From Mytilus trossulus (lineage: Eukaryota), in NCBI RefSeq assembly GCF_036588685.1, contig NC_086386.1, forward strand, positions 9,672,001-9,736,000: DNA of 64,000 bases. Reading direction: 5' to 3'. This document shows, in pieces, positions 1 through 12,700 of this stretch. The translations under genes were made by a program, and so were the position numbers. The notes beneath the pieces were generated by a model. That model saw only the letters and a list, made by a program, of their open reading frames with translations, was not told the DNA's origin and ran no database searches. Numbering within the stretch: the first letter of the stretch is position 1; every line of letters starts with the position of its first letter.

Positions 1-16
1 GTAACAGATGACTTAC

Positions 17-3000
17 CTATAAACTTGATCTTGTCCTTGTTATTTGCCAGACTATGTACAATGGCTATAGTTCCACAGGCGTTAGATATGGTCTGTTTTA
101 CAAAGAACAGGTCTGATGATGGTTTTACCTCACCCAGAGGACTTGCTGTTGCCTGAAATGATTTTCAAATATCAAATAAGCTTAAATTTTATATAAAGCG
201 CCTTATAACACAAAAGTTACTAGCACTATTCACACTTACATCTTCACTGTGACTCTCATATAGCAGTTTTGTAAAATTTCTTACCCTATCATTAAATTTT
301 AAAGATTAACAGCAATGAAGTTGTATTTACAGTAAAATCCTATAATAATGATGAAGCACTGTGTCAAGTCAAGTATATTTTTTCAGTAACAGTTGTGTTT
401 GATGGTGGAGTGGATAGGTTCATTGCAAAAAAATCCATTAAGGTTTATATAAACATAGCTTAGTTATTCATAGGAATACAAAAAATATAGTTTGGTTCAA
501 TACAGATCTGTCCACATGTTCATCAAATCATTTTTAAAGTGGATACAATAAGTGATGCACGCCAAATTGAAGCTTAATTGGATCAGCATTTCAAACTAAA
601 AGCTGAAAAACAAGACTGTCAAGGCTTGATAGACAATGAAGGGCTAGTCATAACAACAGTTTAAATTTATTTTTTTAGTCAGGAATTCTTAAAATGAGGT
701 CGTGGACAACTGATGTTTGAGAGCTTGGAAATATATCAACCCAAAGTCAAGAATGCATACAAAGGTTCCCCTTGGAACCAGAGAAAACTAACCTTGCAAC
801 AATATTGACAGTTGAGACATGGTTCAAAATCTATATTATTAACTACGGTTGAACAGAAAGGGCGACCTGACAGAACAGATGTTCACTAAATAAACCTTGA
901 AGAACTGTATTTGCATTCACAACAGTTTAATGACAATGCACTGTTTGATATTTAATAATACAAATGTTGTTGTCAGGAATTACTGTTGATGGTAAAACAA
1001 CATAGAGGCTATCGAAAAATTGTCAACAATTGACTATGAAGGGCAATAACTCCTTTAATGGGATCATTTGACCATTTTGGTCATTTAGACTTATTCTTAT
1101 ATCAATTTGGCCAAGTATTTTCAGAGAAGATTTTGTAAAAACTTTAAGAAAAATTATGAAAAGTTGACTTTGAAGTTAAATTACTCTTGATGGGGTCAAT
1201 TGACCAATTCGGTAATGTTGACTTATTTTAAGATCTAACTTTGCTGAACAATTTTGATGTTTAAAGATAATCTCTATCATAATATTCAAGATAATAACCA
1301 AAAATTGCTAAACCAAACTAAACACAAACTAATTATTACATGAAAACTTAGCAAAAGTTTTTAAGTCAATAGACCATGACTGAGGGTGCGGGACCAAATA
1401 ATCTTCATGGAAATGAGATATATATTCCAATGCTTATACAACTGCATACCAATTATAACCAACTAATCATTTGTGGTTCTCTATAAACTGACCTAATCAC
1501 AACCTAACACATGAAAATATAGCTAAAATTTTAAACTCAAAAGTCCGTCACTGAGGGGGCAGGGCAAAATAATCTCTATGGAAATGAGATGTTCCAATGC
1601 TTAAACAACTGCATTCTAATTATCATTAATTTACCACGGTTCCCCATGAATTGACTTAATCAAAAACTAAGCAAAAGTTTCAACTCAAAAGACCATAACT
1701 GAGGGGGCCGAGCCAAATAATCTCCATGTTTTTTTCCATTAAAAAGCGGAATAACTCTAGAAATGTACAAGTGTTAGATGGTAACAAAATTCAAACTAGA
1801 TCTTTGTTATGTGGTAATAAACAGTGTGTAAAAGATTCATAATATTAGGTTGAGGAAAACTAAAGTTAGAGAACGGAAACCAATTTGGGGATGTACAGAA
1901 GTAAAACTTAATGGCCCCTCCACTACAGGAAAATTTAAAATCTGAATTCTAAATCAAATTTATTAGCTGTTTAAAATGGAACAGTGGTGAGCACTGACTA
2001 CTCTTGGTAAACCTTCATAAACAATGTATGAAGAAAAGAAAGAATCATGTTTTCTTTCTAAAACCCCCCAATTAAACAATCTTCAACAAACAACAAAATG
2101 GATAAGTATACCAACAGGTCTACCATACATTATAATAGATGTTTCCCACATTAACTGACAAACCTTATCTGTGATTGGATACAACAATACTACAGCTGCT
2201 ACTGGTCGTGGCACCATTCCTAACAGATCTGCATCCAGTCCATAAATATCTACAAACTGCCATTCTTTAGGGACGCCAAGGTTAAAGATGTACTGCAAAA
2301 AAGTCAGATGTTACCACAATAAATAACATATATATACATACATTGTATCACAATATCATACGATAGATTGTTTTGTTTGCCTTCTATTAATATAGAGGAT
2401 TTTATAGATATACTTCCTACTACTATGCCGTCCTGAACATGCATGAAATAATTGCCACTGGACATTAAGCAACCAACAATCAATCAATCATATTACTATG
2501 TTCTTCATACCTTGATCTCCAAATAATTGTTTCTTTTTGGCATAATATTTGTGTTATAACTTTTCATCCGTCAAAATAGAAAATTTTGTCTGTATATTGT
2601 TCAAAATGCAGAAACAATTTAGGTTCATTATTTCAATCTGCAGTTTGTCACAGATTTCCATTGAAGAAACTGGACTAATTACCTTAGTTCTTACATTTGT
2701 TTATAAAATTGAGAATGGAAATGGGGAATGTCTCAAAGAGACAACAACCCTACCAAATAAAAAACAACAGCAGAAGGTCACCAACAGGTCTTCAATGAAG
2801 CGAGAAATTCCCGCACCCGGAGGCGTCCTCTATCTGGCCCCTAAACAAATATATACTAGTTCAGTGATAATGAACGCCATACTAATTTCTAAATTGTACA
2901 CAAGAAACTAAAATTAAAATAATAAAGACTAACAAAGGCCAGAGGCTCCTGACTTGGGACAGGCGCAAAAATGCCGCGGGGTTAAACATGTTTGTGAGAT

Positions 3001-6000
3001 CTCAACCCTCCCCCTAAACCTCTAACCAATGTAGAAAGGTAAACGCATAACAATACGCACATTAAAATGGAGTCTTTGTCAGAAGATGTAACCAAAGAAA
3101 ATATACAAAATGACAATAATACATAAATAATAACAGACTACTAGCAGTTAACTGACATGCCAGCTCCAGACTTCAATTAAACTGACTGAAAGATTATGAT
3201 TTCATCATATGAACATCAGGCACAATCCTTCCTGTTAGGGGTTTAGTATCATACCATCATTACATATATGAGAAGAACATAACCCGTGTCATGCCAACAA
3301 CTGTTTTTAGAATAAATGTGTTTAGTTCCGATGCAAATAAAATTGAGAATGGAAATGGGGAATGTGTCAAAGAGACAACAACCCGACCAAAATAAAAAAA
3401 CACAACAGCAGAAGGTCACCAACAGGTCTTCAATGTAGCGAGAAATTCCCGCACCCGGAGGCGTCCTTCAGCTGGCCCCTAAACAAATATATACTAGTTC
3501 AGTGATAATGAACGCCATACTAATTTCCAAATTGTACACAAGAAACTAAAATTTAAATAATACAAGACTAACAAAGGCCAGAGGCTCCTGACTTGGGACA
3601 GGCGCAAAAATGCGGCGGGGTTAAACATGTTTGTGAGATCTCAACCCTCCCCCTATACCTCTAACCAGTGTAGAAAAGTAAAAGCATAACAATACCTTAT
3701 CAGGGACTCAATATTAACACCAAAATATGCAATCTTTAATGACTTGACACCGTTATCGTAATTATATCCCTTCTTAATAAGTCTTTTCAAAGGTTTTGTT
3801 AGTTTCTGAGGTGAATACTGACACCTTTGTGCTTTATAAAGAATATTTCCATAAAAAATTGGATGTGAAATACCTGAACGTATAAGAAGTCTGCATGTTG
3901 AGCTATATTTACGAATGATGTCCTTATACTGATGATAAAATTTGGTAAATGTTTTGACTAGTTGGTCCGAGAACACAATTAATTTGTAGTGCATTTCTTT
4001 TAGAACATAAATGAAAATTTAAAAAATCCCACCTGCGCTTTCTCAATGAAATTTTTACAGTGTGTTGTACTACTTTTGGGACAAATTATATCAAAATTAT
4101 AGAAAACTTCATCGCCTCTAACTCAAAATATTTACAATTTTGTGTTTAGGGTGTCTTGAAATCTTTTGACAGCTTCCGAAGTGCTAATTTTTAACCTTTT
4201 TCAGCTGGACCAAATCACTACTTTCTTGTAAAATTCTTGACCTAAATTTTTTTACAGTGTAATTTCACCCCCCTTCTAACAATTTGAGGCATTAAACATG
4301 GAGAAATAAATTTGGAAGGGGTATAAACATTATTGGCAAGTAACCCACTGTTAACACTAGGGACTATATTCGTGAACAACGAAAATCAAGGGACGACAAT
4401 TGTGGTCTCGGACCAGTTTGTGATATTGAAAACCCTGGTGTAATAATTTTTCAGTCATACATAAATTTCTCTCGTTAAAATCTTAAACATTGTTACATAC
4501 ACAAGCGAATCGTACAAGTTATAATATATAAACACCGTAATATGGTGATAAGGGAACGTCACCATCTAAAAATGGATAATTATCGATAGGAAATGAAAAA
4601 TCATCCCTTTTATCATAAATTTTAGTATTCAGCTTTCCGTTAGTGATATAGATATCAAGATCGAGGAAAGGGCAGTGGTCATTGTTAGTATTAGCTTTAT
4701 TTAAAGTAAGTTCAACAGGATAAATTTTATTAATATACATACTGAAGTCGTCATTATTAAGAGCCAAAATATCATCCAAATATCTAAAAGTATTATTAAA
4801 TTTGTTTATTATGAAAGTATGTTCCCATTAAATTAAATTAAGAAACAAAAATTCTGTGAGTATTGCATAGCAATACATAGTCTCCTACCGATTAAAAATT
4901 CATTGTAATGGAAAGAAATTCTAAATTGATCAATATGTAACTTGTCATGGCGTACAAAAAATAGTGTTTACTACAAACAAGAGTGCACACACTGAAATGT
5001 CTCGCCTTCTATACTAATCCTTGATACTATCTTTGATAAACCTAAAGCTTTATTACAACTGTCACATAAACTCAACATTAACCAAGAAAATGAAACATTG
5101 ATCAATGAACCATGAAAATCAGGTCAAGGTCAGATAAACCATGCCAGGCAGACATGTACAGCTAACAATTCTTTAATACAACAAATATTATTGCTTATAA
5201 ATAAAGAAAAACAGACCAAAACACAAACACTTAAAACTTAGCAATAGACCGTGAAAATGAGGTCAAGGTCAAATAAAACCTGCGTAACCGACATAAAGAT
5301 CATAAAATATTTCCATACACCACATATAGTTGACCTAATGCATAAAGTATTAGAAAAATAGACCAAAACTAAAAAACTTAACTTTGACCACTGAACCATG
5401 AAAATGAGGTCAAGGTCAGATGACACCTGTCAGCTAGACATGTACACCTTACAATCATTCCATACACCAATTATAGAAGACCTATTGCATATAGTATAAG
5501 AAAAACAGACCAAAACACAAAAACTTAACTATAACCACTGAACCATGAAAATGAGGTCAATGTCAGATGACACCTGCCAGTTGGACATGTACACCTTACA
5601 GTCCTTCCATACACCAAATATACTAGACCTATTGCTTATAGTATCTGAGATATGGACTTGACCACGAAAACTTAACCTTGTTCACTGATCCCTGAAATGA
5701 GGTCGAGGTCAAGTGAAAACTGTCTGACAGGCTTGAGGACCTTGCAAGGTACGCACATACCAAATATAGTTATCCAATTACTTATAATAAGAGAGAATTT
5801 AACATTACAAAAAATCTTAACTTTTTTTTCAAGTAGTCACTGAACCATGAAAATGAGGTCAAGGACATTGGACATGTGACTGATGGAAAGTTCGTAACAT
5901 GAGGCATCTATATACAAAGTATGAAGCATCCAGGTCTTCTACCTTCTAAAATATAAAGCTTTTTAACGAAACACTAATGCGTTTGTTGGGTGACTTTATT

Positions 6001-9000
6001 TGCGAGTCGCGCCATTTTGATTAATGAAATATTATTTTTTTATTTTTAAATATTTTTTTCCCTTAATTAATAAATGTATATATTTTTAAATTTTGTCAAA
6101 TGATGTTAAGCGCAGTTGCCACCTAAAATTATATATTTTAAAGTACAAGTGAGTGGTTAACCAGAGTGATATATATATACACGCGAGATTTCAAAAATTA
6201 CAAGGGAGACAATCCAGTGTCAACAGCGACACCTACAGAATACAGAATACAAGCTTTTAAGAAGTGAGCTAACACCACCGCCGCCGGATCACTATCCCTA
6301 TGTCAAGCTTTCTGCAACAAAAGTTGCAGGCTCGACAAAAATAACAAACAAACCTACCACTCATCATGCTAATTCTACTTGTACAATTTACTAAAAAAAG
6401 AAAAAAAGTCAAAAATGTCATTTATCTATTCTTAATATAATGTCTTCTTCAAATCCTTTAAAAAATTAATTATTTTCCTTTGAACAGAAATCTAACAATT
6501 AAAATAATAAGTATATATTACAACAAAAATTTAATTCTAAGGGAAAGTTCAAAAATAAGTTATTTCCATCTGAACAGAAATACACAGTGTGTTTAGTCAA
6601 AGCAAGTGCAACACACAAAGTGATGTCACATTTGAATTTCTAAATTGAGTTCCCAAAATTAAAAAAGAATTTGGATGGAATTCAAGATTAGATGTGTATG
6701 ACTTATCTAACATATATTAAAACAGTAAAAATGACAAGACTAATTGAATATCAAATTGTAGAAGTAATTAGATAATTGTATAATCTAGCTTTGTCAGTTT
6801 TTTCTTCTGAATAAAACTGTAAACCTGGAAAACTGATTTGCCAGACTGACCGAACAATGGACAAACAGACGGTCAAAGTGCAAACCTTAAGTCTCCTTCG
6901 ACTTCATCGGTAGACAGGTATGGTTGTGCATATTTTATATTTCCAAGGGGCATAACTCTTTAATAAAAAAGTCTCTTGTCCACCAAGTGTGAAAGAACAT
7001 TTCAAGAGATATTGCTGATATTAACATATACATTAAGTTTAATAAAATCTGGCAAGAATTGTACCTGTGAGAGTGCAAATACCATTTACCAAAAATTTAA
7101 TATTTCCAAAGGGGCATATAAAATTCTTTCAAAAAGTTAATCTGCCACCATTATAGAAATTGTCCAAGATATTGATATTATTAATTTTATGTCACTGAAA
7201 AAACTATGTGAAGTAAGTTTTTTATCCTACATTGTAAAATCACGAATTTGAAAAATTGAAATCTCGCCATCCCGAAATTAAAAAAAAATATTCCAGGATC
7301 CTGAGAGCATGGAGAGGGTCAATCCCAAATTCCCAAGCTTAAAAACACCTGATCCCAATAAAGGCCCTTCCCCCCTCTTTGATGTCTTCCCTAAGAGGGT
7401 AGTAATGCCCTTTAATGTCAGGCGTCAAACTGTCTTTTTCAGCTACCATTTAGTGATTAGCAACAAATTGGTTACAATTTTACAGTGATTTGTCAAAATA
7501 TCCTTATTTTTGTGATTCGTCAGAGCTCTCAAATAATTATCGTTACAATCATTTTTGGATAAAAATTAACGTGATTCGTCAAAATCAGTCGATGTTTTAT
7601 TGTCGAAAAGAAAGTGTACATCTCATTGTCATACTCCAAAAATTACTGATAACATCATTAATCAAGAATTTTAACCGTTATTCATCATGAAAGTACCCCC
7701 ATTACGACCCTAATACACCTCATCACTATTTGTCCACCATTACCGGTCATCATACCAGGCTCCCATAAAATTTTGACGTCATTATACAAAATATCTGACT
7801 CCTCAATGAAAAAGTGATTGTTGTTTGACGTCAATAGTTCAAGCTTGACAATTCTCAGGTCAGTCTGGAATAGTGACAATGAGTATAAAAATGAAGTCAA
7901 AGGCAATAAATCTTAAAATAAGACCCATGACAGGGGCGGATTTAGGCGGGGGCGTGGCGGGCGTGCGCCCCCCCTAAAATTTGCAAAGCATGGGTTGACT
8001 TCAACATATTTAAGTATCAGAAGAGACCATTCAATCTTTTTTAACATTCAAAGTATATAAAACAGTCAGTTTCACAGAATCAACGTGAATACTAATCAAC
8101 TGACATACGCTTTATTAAAGTTCTTTAGATAAATAATTTCAAAGGAATGTGTCAAACGCTGAGCTGCGTTTGATGACAAATATAATAGGTTTTTATCAGT
8201 TAAAGTAAAAACAACTATAACATTGTGTTTGCGGTTTTTAAAAAACATCCCTAACTCACTTTCACAATTTCATCATGAGACGGTCCAGAAAACAGTCGGC
8301 AGGTGAGATTCTTTTATAATATCCGTAATGAAAGATAGAAATACTGTTTTAAGCGAAAGGTTAGTTTATTAATTTGTATCTCTGTGTCTATATTTATTTC
8401 TCACTTGCAACCTAAATATTTAGCCGAATTCTGTACCGTATTACAGTACTGTATGCTTGGGATCCCAAGTAAATAAAAATAACTGCGTAAATGCATCTCA
8501 TTCTGATTTTAGTTGTTTCTGGCACGACCTCCGAAAATAAAAAAATAAAAAAACAGATAGTATGAAAGGACAATTAAAAATCGCTGGTAAAAGTACAACT
8601 TATCGTTTGAAAAATATATTGGTTAGGTGAGCAATTGTGATCTGCCTCGTCTCACTTTGCGTCCGTCTGTCCACCCGTCTATCTGTAGATTGTTGTCAGG
8701 TGTGGATTAAGGCGGTTTCAGCTTGAAACTTGAATTCCTCGCTAATTTTAACACACAACAGTTCGAGCTATCTACATTTCACCCCTTTAGAAGAATATTT
8801 CTACCTAAAAAAAAACTCAAAAATTTTTTAGCCTCGCTCCGCTCGTCGAAAATAAAAATTTGCGCCCCCCCTAACTGAAAATCCAGGATCCGCCCCTGCA
8901 TGATTATACTGTTTGTCTAGCTCCATCAGTCTTAACAGTTTTAAAAAGTAATAAGTGTCTTTTTGAATGATGTAATACATCTGGTGATCATATCAGTTGA

Positions 9001-9249
9001 ACTAGACAAAATACTTAATTAAATGTGGTGAGGATTCATGTTTCTGTAAGAGTTATTCCCCTTTGACCATCTTCTTCTTATCATACCTTGTTTAATACCT
9101 GTAAATAGAAATAAAGGCGAATTAAAAATAGGGAATAGCCTTAAAGATACATTTTATAATTGCTAACTACTTTCTCAAAATATGATAGCTTTTAGTACGG
9201 TACTTACATCAGGATTTGATTCCAGAGGTACCCAACGTTGCTCAGTCAT
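17..9249 (-). CDS. UCHL3: Ubiquitin carboxyl-terminal hydrolase, UCH-L1/UCH-L3 family (peptidase C12); 5' four coding exons, gene continues off the left edge
   Basis: Exons (minus): 9249-9208 MTEQRWVPLESNPD; 9098-9087 VLNK; 2292-2164 YIFNLGVPKEWQFVDIYGLDADLLGMVPRPVAAVVLLYPITDK; 152-17 ATASPLGEVKPSSDLFFVKQTISNACGTIAIVHSLANNKDKIKFI. All junctions are GT-AG and in frame. WxPLExNP and the catalytic QTIxNACGT motif are diagnostic. Probably the single invertebrate pro-orthologue of UCHL1 and UCHL3. Confidence 0.95.
2702..4812 (-). mobile_element. Penelope-like retroelement fragment: C-terminal RT region plus tandem 3' terminal repeats; 5'-truncated and interrupted
   Basis: The minus-strand peptide FRYLDDILALN...PFLDLDI...IYDKRDDFSFPIDNYPFLDGDVP..YGVYI (4800-4519) continues through a frameshift into HQGFQYHKLV and, across a MITE, into KTFTKFYHQY... 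(3963-3700). It is followed by two tandem copies of a terminal repeat (about 3695-3337 and 3337-2702). The YDKRDDF motif is typical of Penelope-like RT thumb regions. Confidence 0.8.
3964..4414. mobile_element. MITE inserted in the Penelope-like ORF
   Basis: TIRs GGTCCGAGAACACAATT / AATTGTGGTCTCGGACC, with AGTT on both sides. Removing the element and one AGTT restores QYHKLVKTF on the minus strand. Confidence 0.85.
4975..6341 (-). mobile_element. Helentron-type non-autonomous element (HINE) with internal satellite of about 147 bp
   Basis: Ends AACAAGAGTGCACAC...CTCGCC and AAGTTGCAGGCTCGACAAAAA. About six repeats contain CCATGAAAATGAGGTCAAGGTCA (5110, 5249, 5396, 5543, 5691, 5845). A GCC microsatellite lies near the terminus, and the terminus is shared with the elements at 17157 and 51550. 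Confidence 0.7.
7931..8898. mobile_element. hAT-like MITE
   Basis: TIRs CAGGGGCGGAT / ATCCGCCCCTG with 5-bp direct repeat CATGA on both sides. Confidence 0.75.
9087..9098 (-). CDS. UCHL3: 12-nt micro-exon 2 of the UCH-L gene (VLNK)
   Basis: Minus strand reads ttctatttacag|GTATTAAACAAG|gtatga, phase 0 on both sides. It supplies the four residues expected between PLESNPD and YIFNLGV. Confidence 0.9.
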
Positions 9250-9793
9250 TCTGCCGGTATTTTTTTCTCCCAAGATGCACTTTATTGGATATTTGCTTCC
9301 GGTACCTGATTATCATTATGCACGTGTGAAAACAATACAGATGTGACATTGTAAGGCATTGGAAAAGGACAGCAAATATTCAGACTTTTAATTTATATCG
9401 CACATTCAAATGATCATCATAGGAAAAAACAAAATATTGCATTTTTATGTTTGTTGCAGAACGTCACAAGATGGCGGTCATTGAACTCAATCAGCTGTTG
9501 TCAGAAATGCACACAGGTCATAACAAACAACGGGAAGTATCTAAACTTTAATACAATAAACAACAAGTTTAAAGCAGGTGCTCGTGGTCTTAATGCGGTA
9601 AAGATAAGAATGATTACGTTTATACAAGTTGTCAGGACATTACAACAGCTAAATCACAACTTTGTCATTGTAACTGTGCAAAAACTGGGTCATCCAACCA
9701 CAACATAAAAACCATTAGTGACTAGGATCTAATTATATATTTCTGCACATATTATTTTTGAATCATTGCAACATCAAAATTATAGAAACAGAC
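9250..9793. promoter_or_regulatory. Putative bidirectional promoter between the UCH-L and TBC1D1/4 genes
   Basis: The two start codons diverge 544 bp apart. The interval has an ETS-like GCTTCCGG (9295-9302), an E-box CACGTG (9321-9326), ACGTCA (9461-9466) and a YY1 consensus CAAGATGGCGG (9467-9477). Transcription starts cannot be seen directly. Confidence 0.7.
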
Positions 9794-12700
9794 ATGGAAA
9801 ACACAAGTGAAAATCAAGATACAAACAGATTTTTTGTTGTTATGTACCTGGGGTCCTCAATTCTGGACAGAAGATACCCACCACAGTATGTGATGCCCTG
9901 GGTGATGGCAGAAGTCAAGAGAAGAAAGGAATCCTTTAAAGAAGTGAATCTGAGAGTTCTTCCGCATATTTTACAGGCTACATTACTTAATGATGAAAGC
10001 AAGGAACCAAAAGTACTGTTCTCTCATAAACTGATTTGTTTGTCTAAATTTGCCAAAACACATCAGGACCCAAGATGCTTTGCTTACTTATCAAGGCCTA
10101 ACCTGTACTGTGACTATGAGTGTCATGTATTTTTGGCACATACAGAAGAAATGGTAAGAATATACAGATGAGTTTCTTTGAGTTGGTTTACAGTCATGAC
10201 TCATGATAGTATGAGAACAAGACATGTATTAGACATGTTTGACAAATATATAAATGTACAAAAAGTACAATGTATATCAAATGCTTCAAATATTCAAATA
10301 AAAAAAATGTCCAGTTAGAGCCAAAATTGGTACAGTAACATGTACCTTTGAAGTACCTTACCATGTTGGCAAATAAAAAATTATTGCTTGAAATACAAAT
10401 GAAATATGCCCTTTAATTTGCGGTCGTATATTTGGTAATAATAATAAAAACATTTAGGAATTGGGGAAAACAAGGGTGTTCTGATTAATTACTAAAGCAC
10501 AAAACATAATATAAATGCAGTGTAAGGCAGGTAGTTCAAATACAACATTGTCAATTACCTCCCTTACACTGCTATTAAATTATGTTTAAAGAAATGTAAT
10601 ATTGTCAATGTCTTGAGGTGTGTAGCTGTCAATTTATATTAAAAGTTACATGTACTATTTTAAAAATACTGTGATTATTTACGTCATTATCTATTTTAAG
10701 ACTTTTATGATGTAAAGTTCATTATATTTAAATGCAGATGGGTTAAAATATACATTGGAAATTTGAATTGAGATTATAACAATATCCTGAGGGAAAAGGG
10801 GGGAGGGGGGTTTGTTCTATAGATTTCAGAAATAGAAAACATTTTTTTTTTAAATATTTTTTATTGAAAAAATATTGGGGGGAAAAGGGGGGGGGTGTTA
10901 CATTTGCGTACGTGCAACAGCACAGTTGGACCTCTGTGGTCGAATCCTGCTGAGCTTGGCATAGCAATTTATTCCAAATAGGCTTTTAGAAATAGCAGTA
11001 GTTATTTTGCCAGTACATTGTATGTACAAATCTAATTTTTTTTTTTAAGGTTTAAAACTGCATGTTTGAAAAAATAAATGTTAAAAATGTCCAAATTGCG
11101 TAAAATAATAACGTTACACAATCTAACATAATAAATAGCAAATCCACATATAAATTAAAAATCTAAATCTGTCATCAAATTTGCTTATGAAACAATAATC
11201 AGTCTTTTTAATTGAATACATGTAAAATCTGTAAATAAAATCGCTCTTTTTCTGTAAAAATTGGCTTCCCCTTAATATACACATGTATGCACATGTAGAT
11301 CCTAGCATATTTTCTGCATTTGTATTTACAGGCAAAATGCTTCCCCTCCATATACACATGTACATAGATCCTAGCATATTTTCTGCATTTGTATTTGGAG
11401 GCAAAATGCTTCCCTTCCATATACACATGTACATAGATCCTAGCATATTTTCTGCATTTGTATTTACAGGCAAAATGCTTCCCCTCCATATACACATGTA
11501 CATACTAGATCCTAGCATATTTTCTGTACGTATAATTTGTATTTAATGGCAAAATTACTTAGATTTTATTCTTTTCATTGCTCAAATTCGAAGAGGACTT
11601 AAGGTTTGGACTCTGTCTGTCTGCCTATCCTCCAAATCAGTTTTCCAGACTTTTTTCTTCATGAATGATGCTTGAACATGTTGAAGATATTGATTTGATA
11701 TTTGGTGTATTGTTTTTATCATGTCAGGCAAGTTGAATACAGGTCAAATTTGATTTTCAAGAGTTTAGCTTTTCTCCTTGTCCATGCCCAGTTTCATTGA
11801 ATTGTATACCCCTATCCATTGAATAAATTTTTGATGAAATATGTATTAAGGTCAAGTTAATTACAGTAAATGGGCTATGTCACAGATTTCAGTAAAATTT
11901 GGCATACAACTCTGGCTTGATGAACTTCAACTGAAAATCGAAAAAATATTGCATTTATCTCAATTATCATTTGAAATATTACTGATTAAATTTTTACAAA
12001 ATGGGTGAACATGTACATTTGTAAAGAAAGCACTGCTCCAAATGATATGACACAATACTTATTACCACAACACTTGGATCAAGTACATATTTGGGTAACA
12101 TCACTTCTAGTCTTCATTTTTGTCCCTACTTTATAACGTTATATGTTAAGCAAGGGGTGGCATCATCTGCATTTACAAATGTATACATGTGTATGTGCCC
12201 CATGGACACATTCCCCATTTACTTTTTAAATATTCTATAAAAAAAAAACAGTTACAAAATGTACATGTATTTTGACTTGAATGTACTCAATCATCATATT
12301 TGGTACTAAAAGTCATAAAGGGAGGGATGTGTTAAGATTTTTATAATAGTATAAAATTTAATCATAACTGAGAAGTTGAACTTGATGACTGCTTGAAACA
12401 GAGAGCTGATTTTGGTGACTACTAATAAAATTGAGAATGGAAATGGGGAACAATGTCAAGGACATAAAACTAGGAAGTTGGCTGGGAATTTTGTCCAACA
12501 TTAACATTGCCCTGGTATGGGTGTTTATCAAAACAATGTGTATAGTCTGGTAGTTTTTCAAAGAAAATGTTTAAATAGTCAATTCACTTTTTAGTGAAAA
12601 ATCAGTAAAAGTTTACTTAAATTGTAAGTAGATAGTCTTAATAACCCCATTGAGAGAACAAAAATTTATAAAAACTACTTATTTCAAATGTCAATGTTGA

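Noticed and set aside
2549-2911. 120-aa plus-strand ORF, and similar ORFs at 61375-61606
   Set aside because: They are chance frames across the dispersed terminal repeat.
3190-3232. Possible hammerhead ribozyme in the Penelope-like repeat (minus strand CTGATGT...GAAA)
   Set aside because: The core reads CTGATGT rather than CTGANGA and I could not build stems I and III convincingly; a covariance search is needed.
11123-11546. Three overlapping ORFs with repeated peptides
   Set aside because: They are by-products of a 69-bp (multiple of 3) tandem repeat with no splice or homology support.
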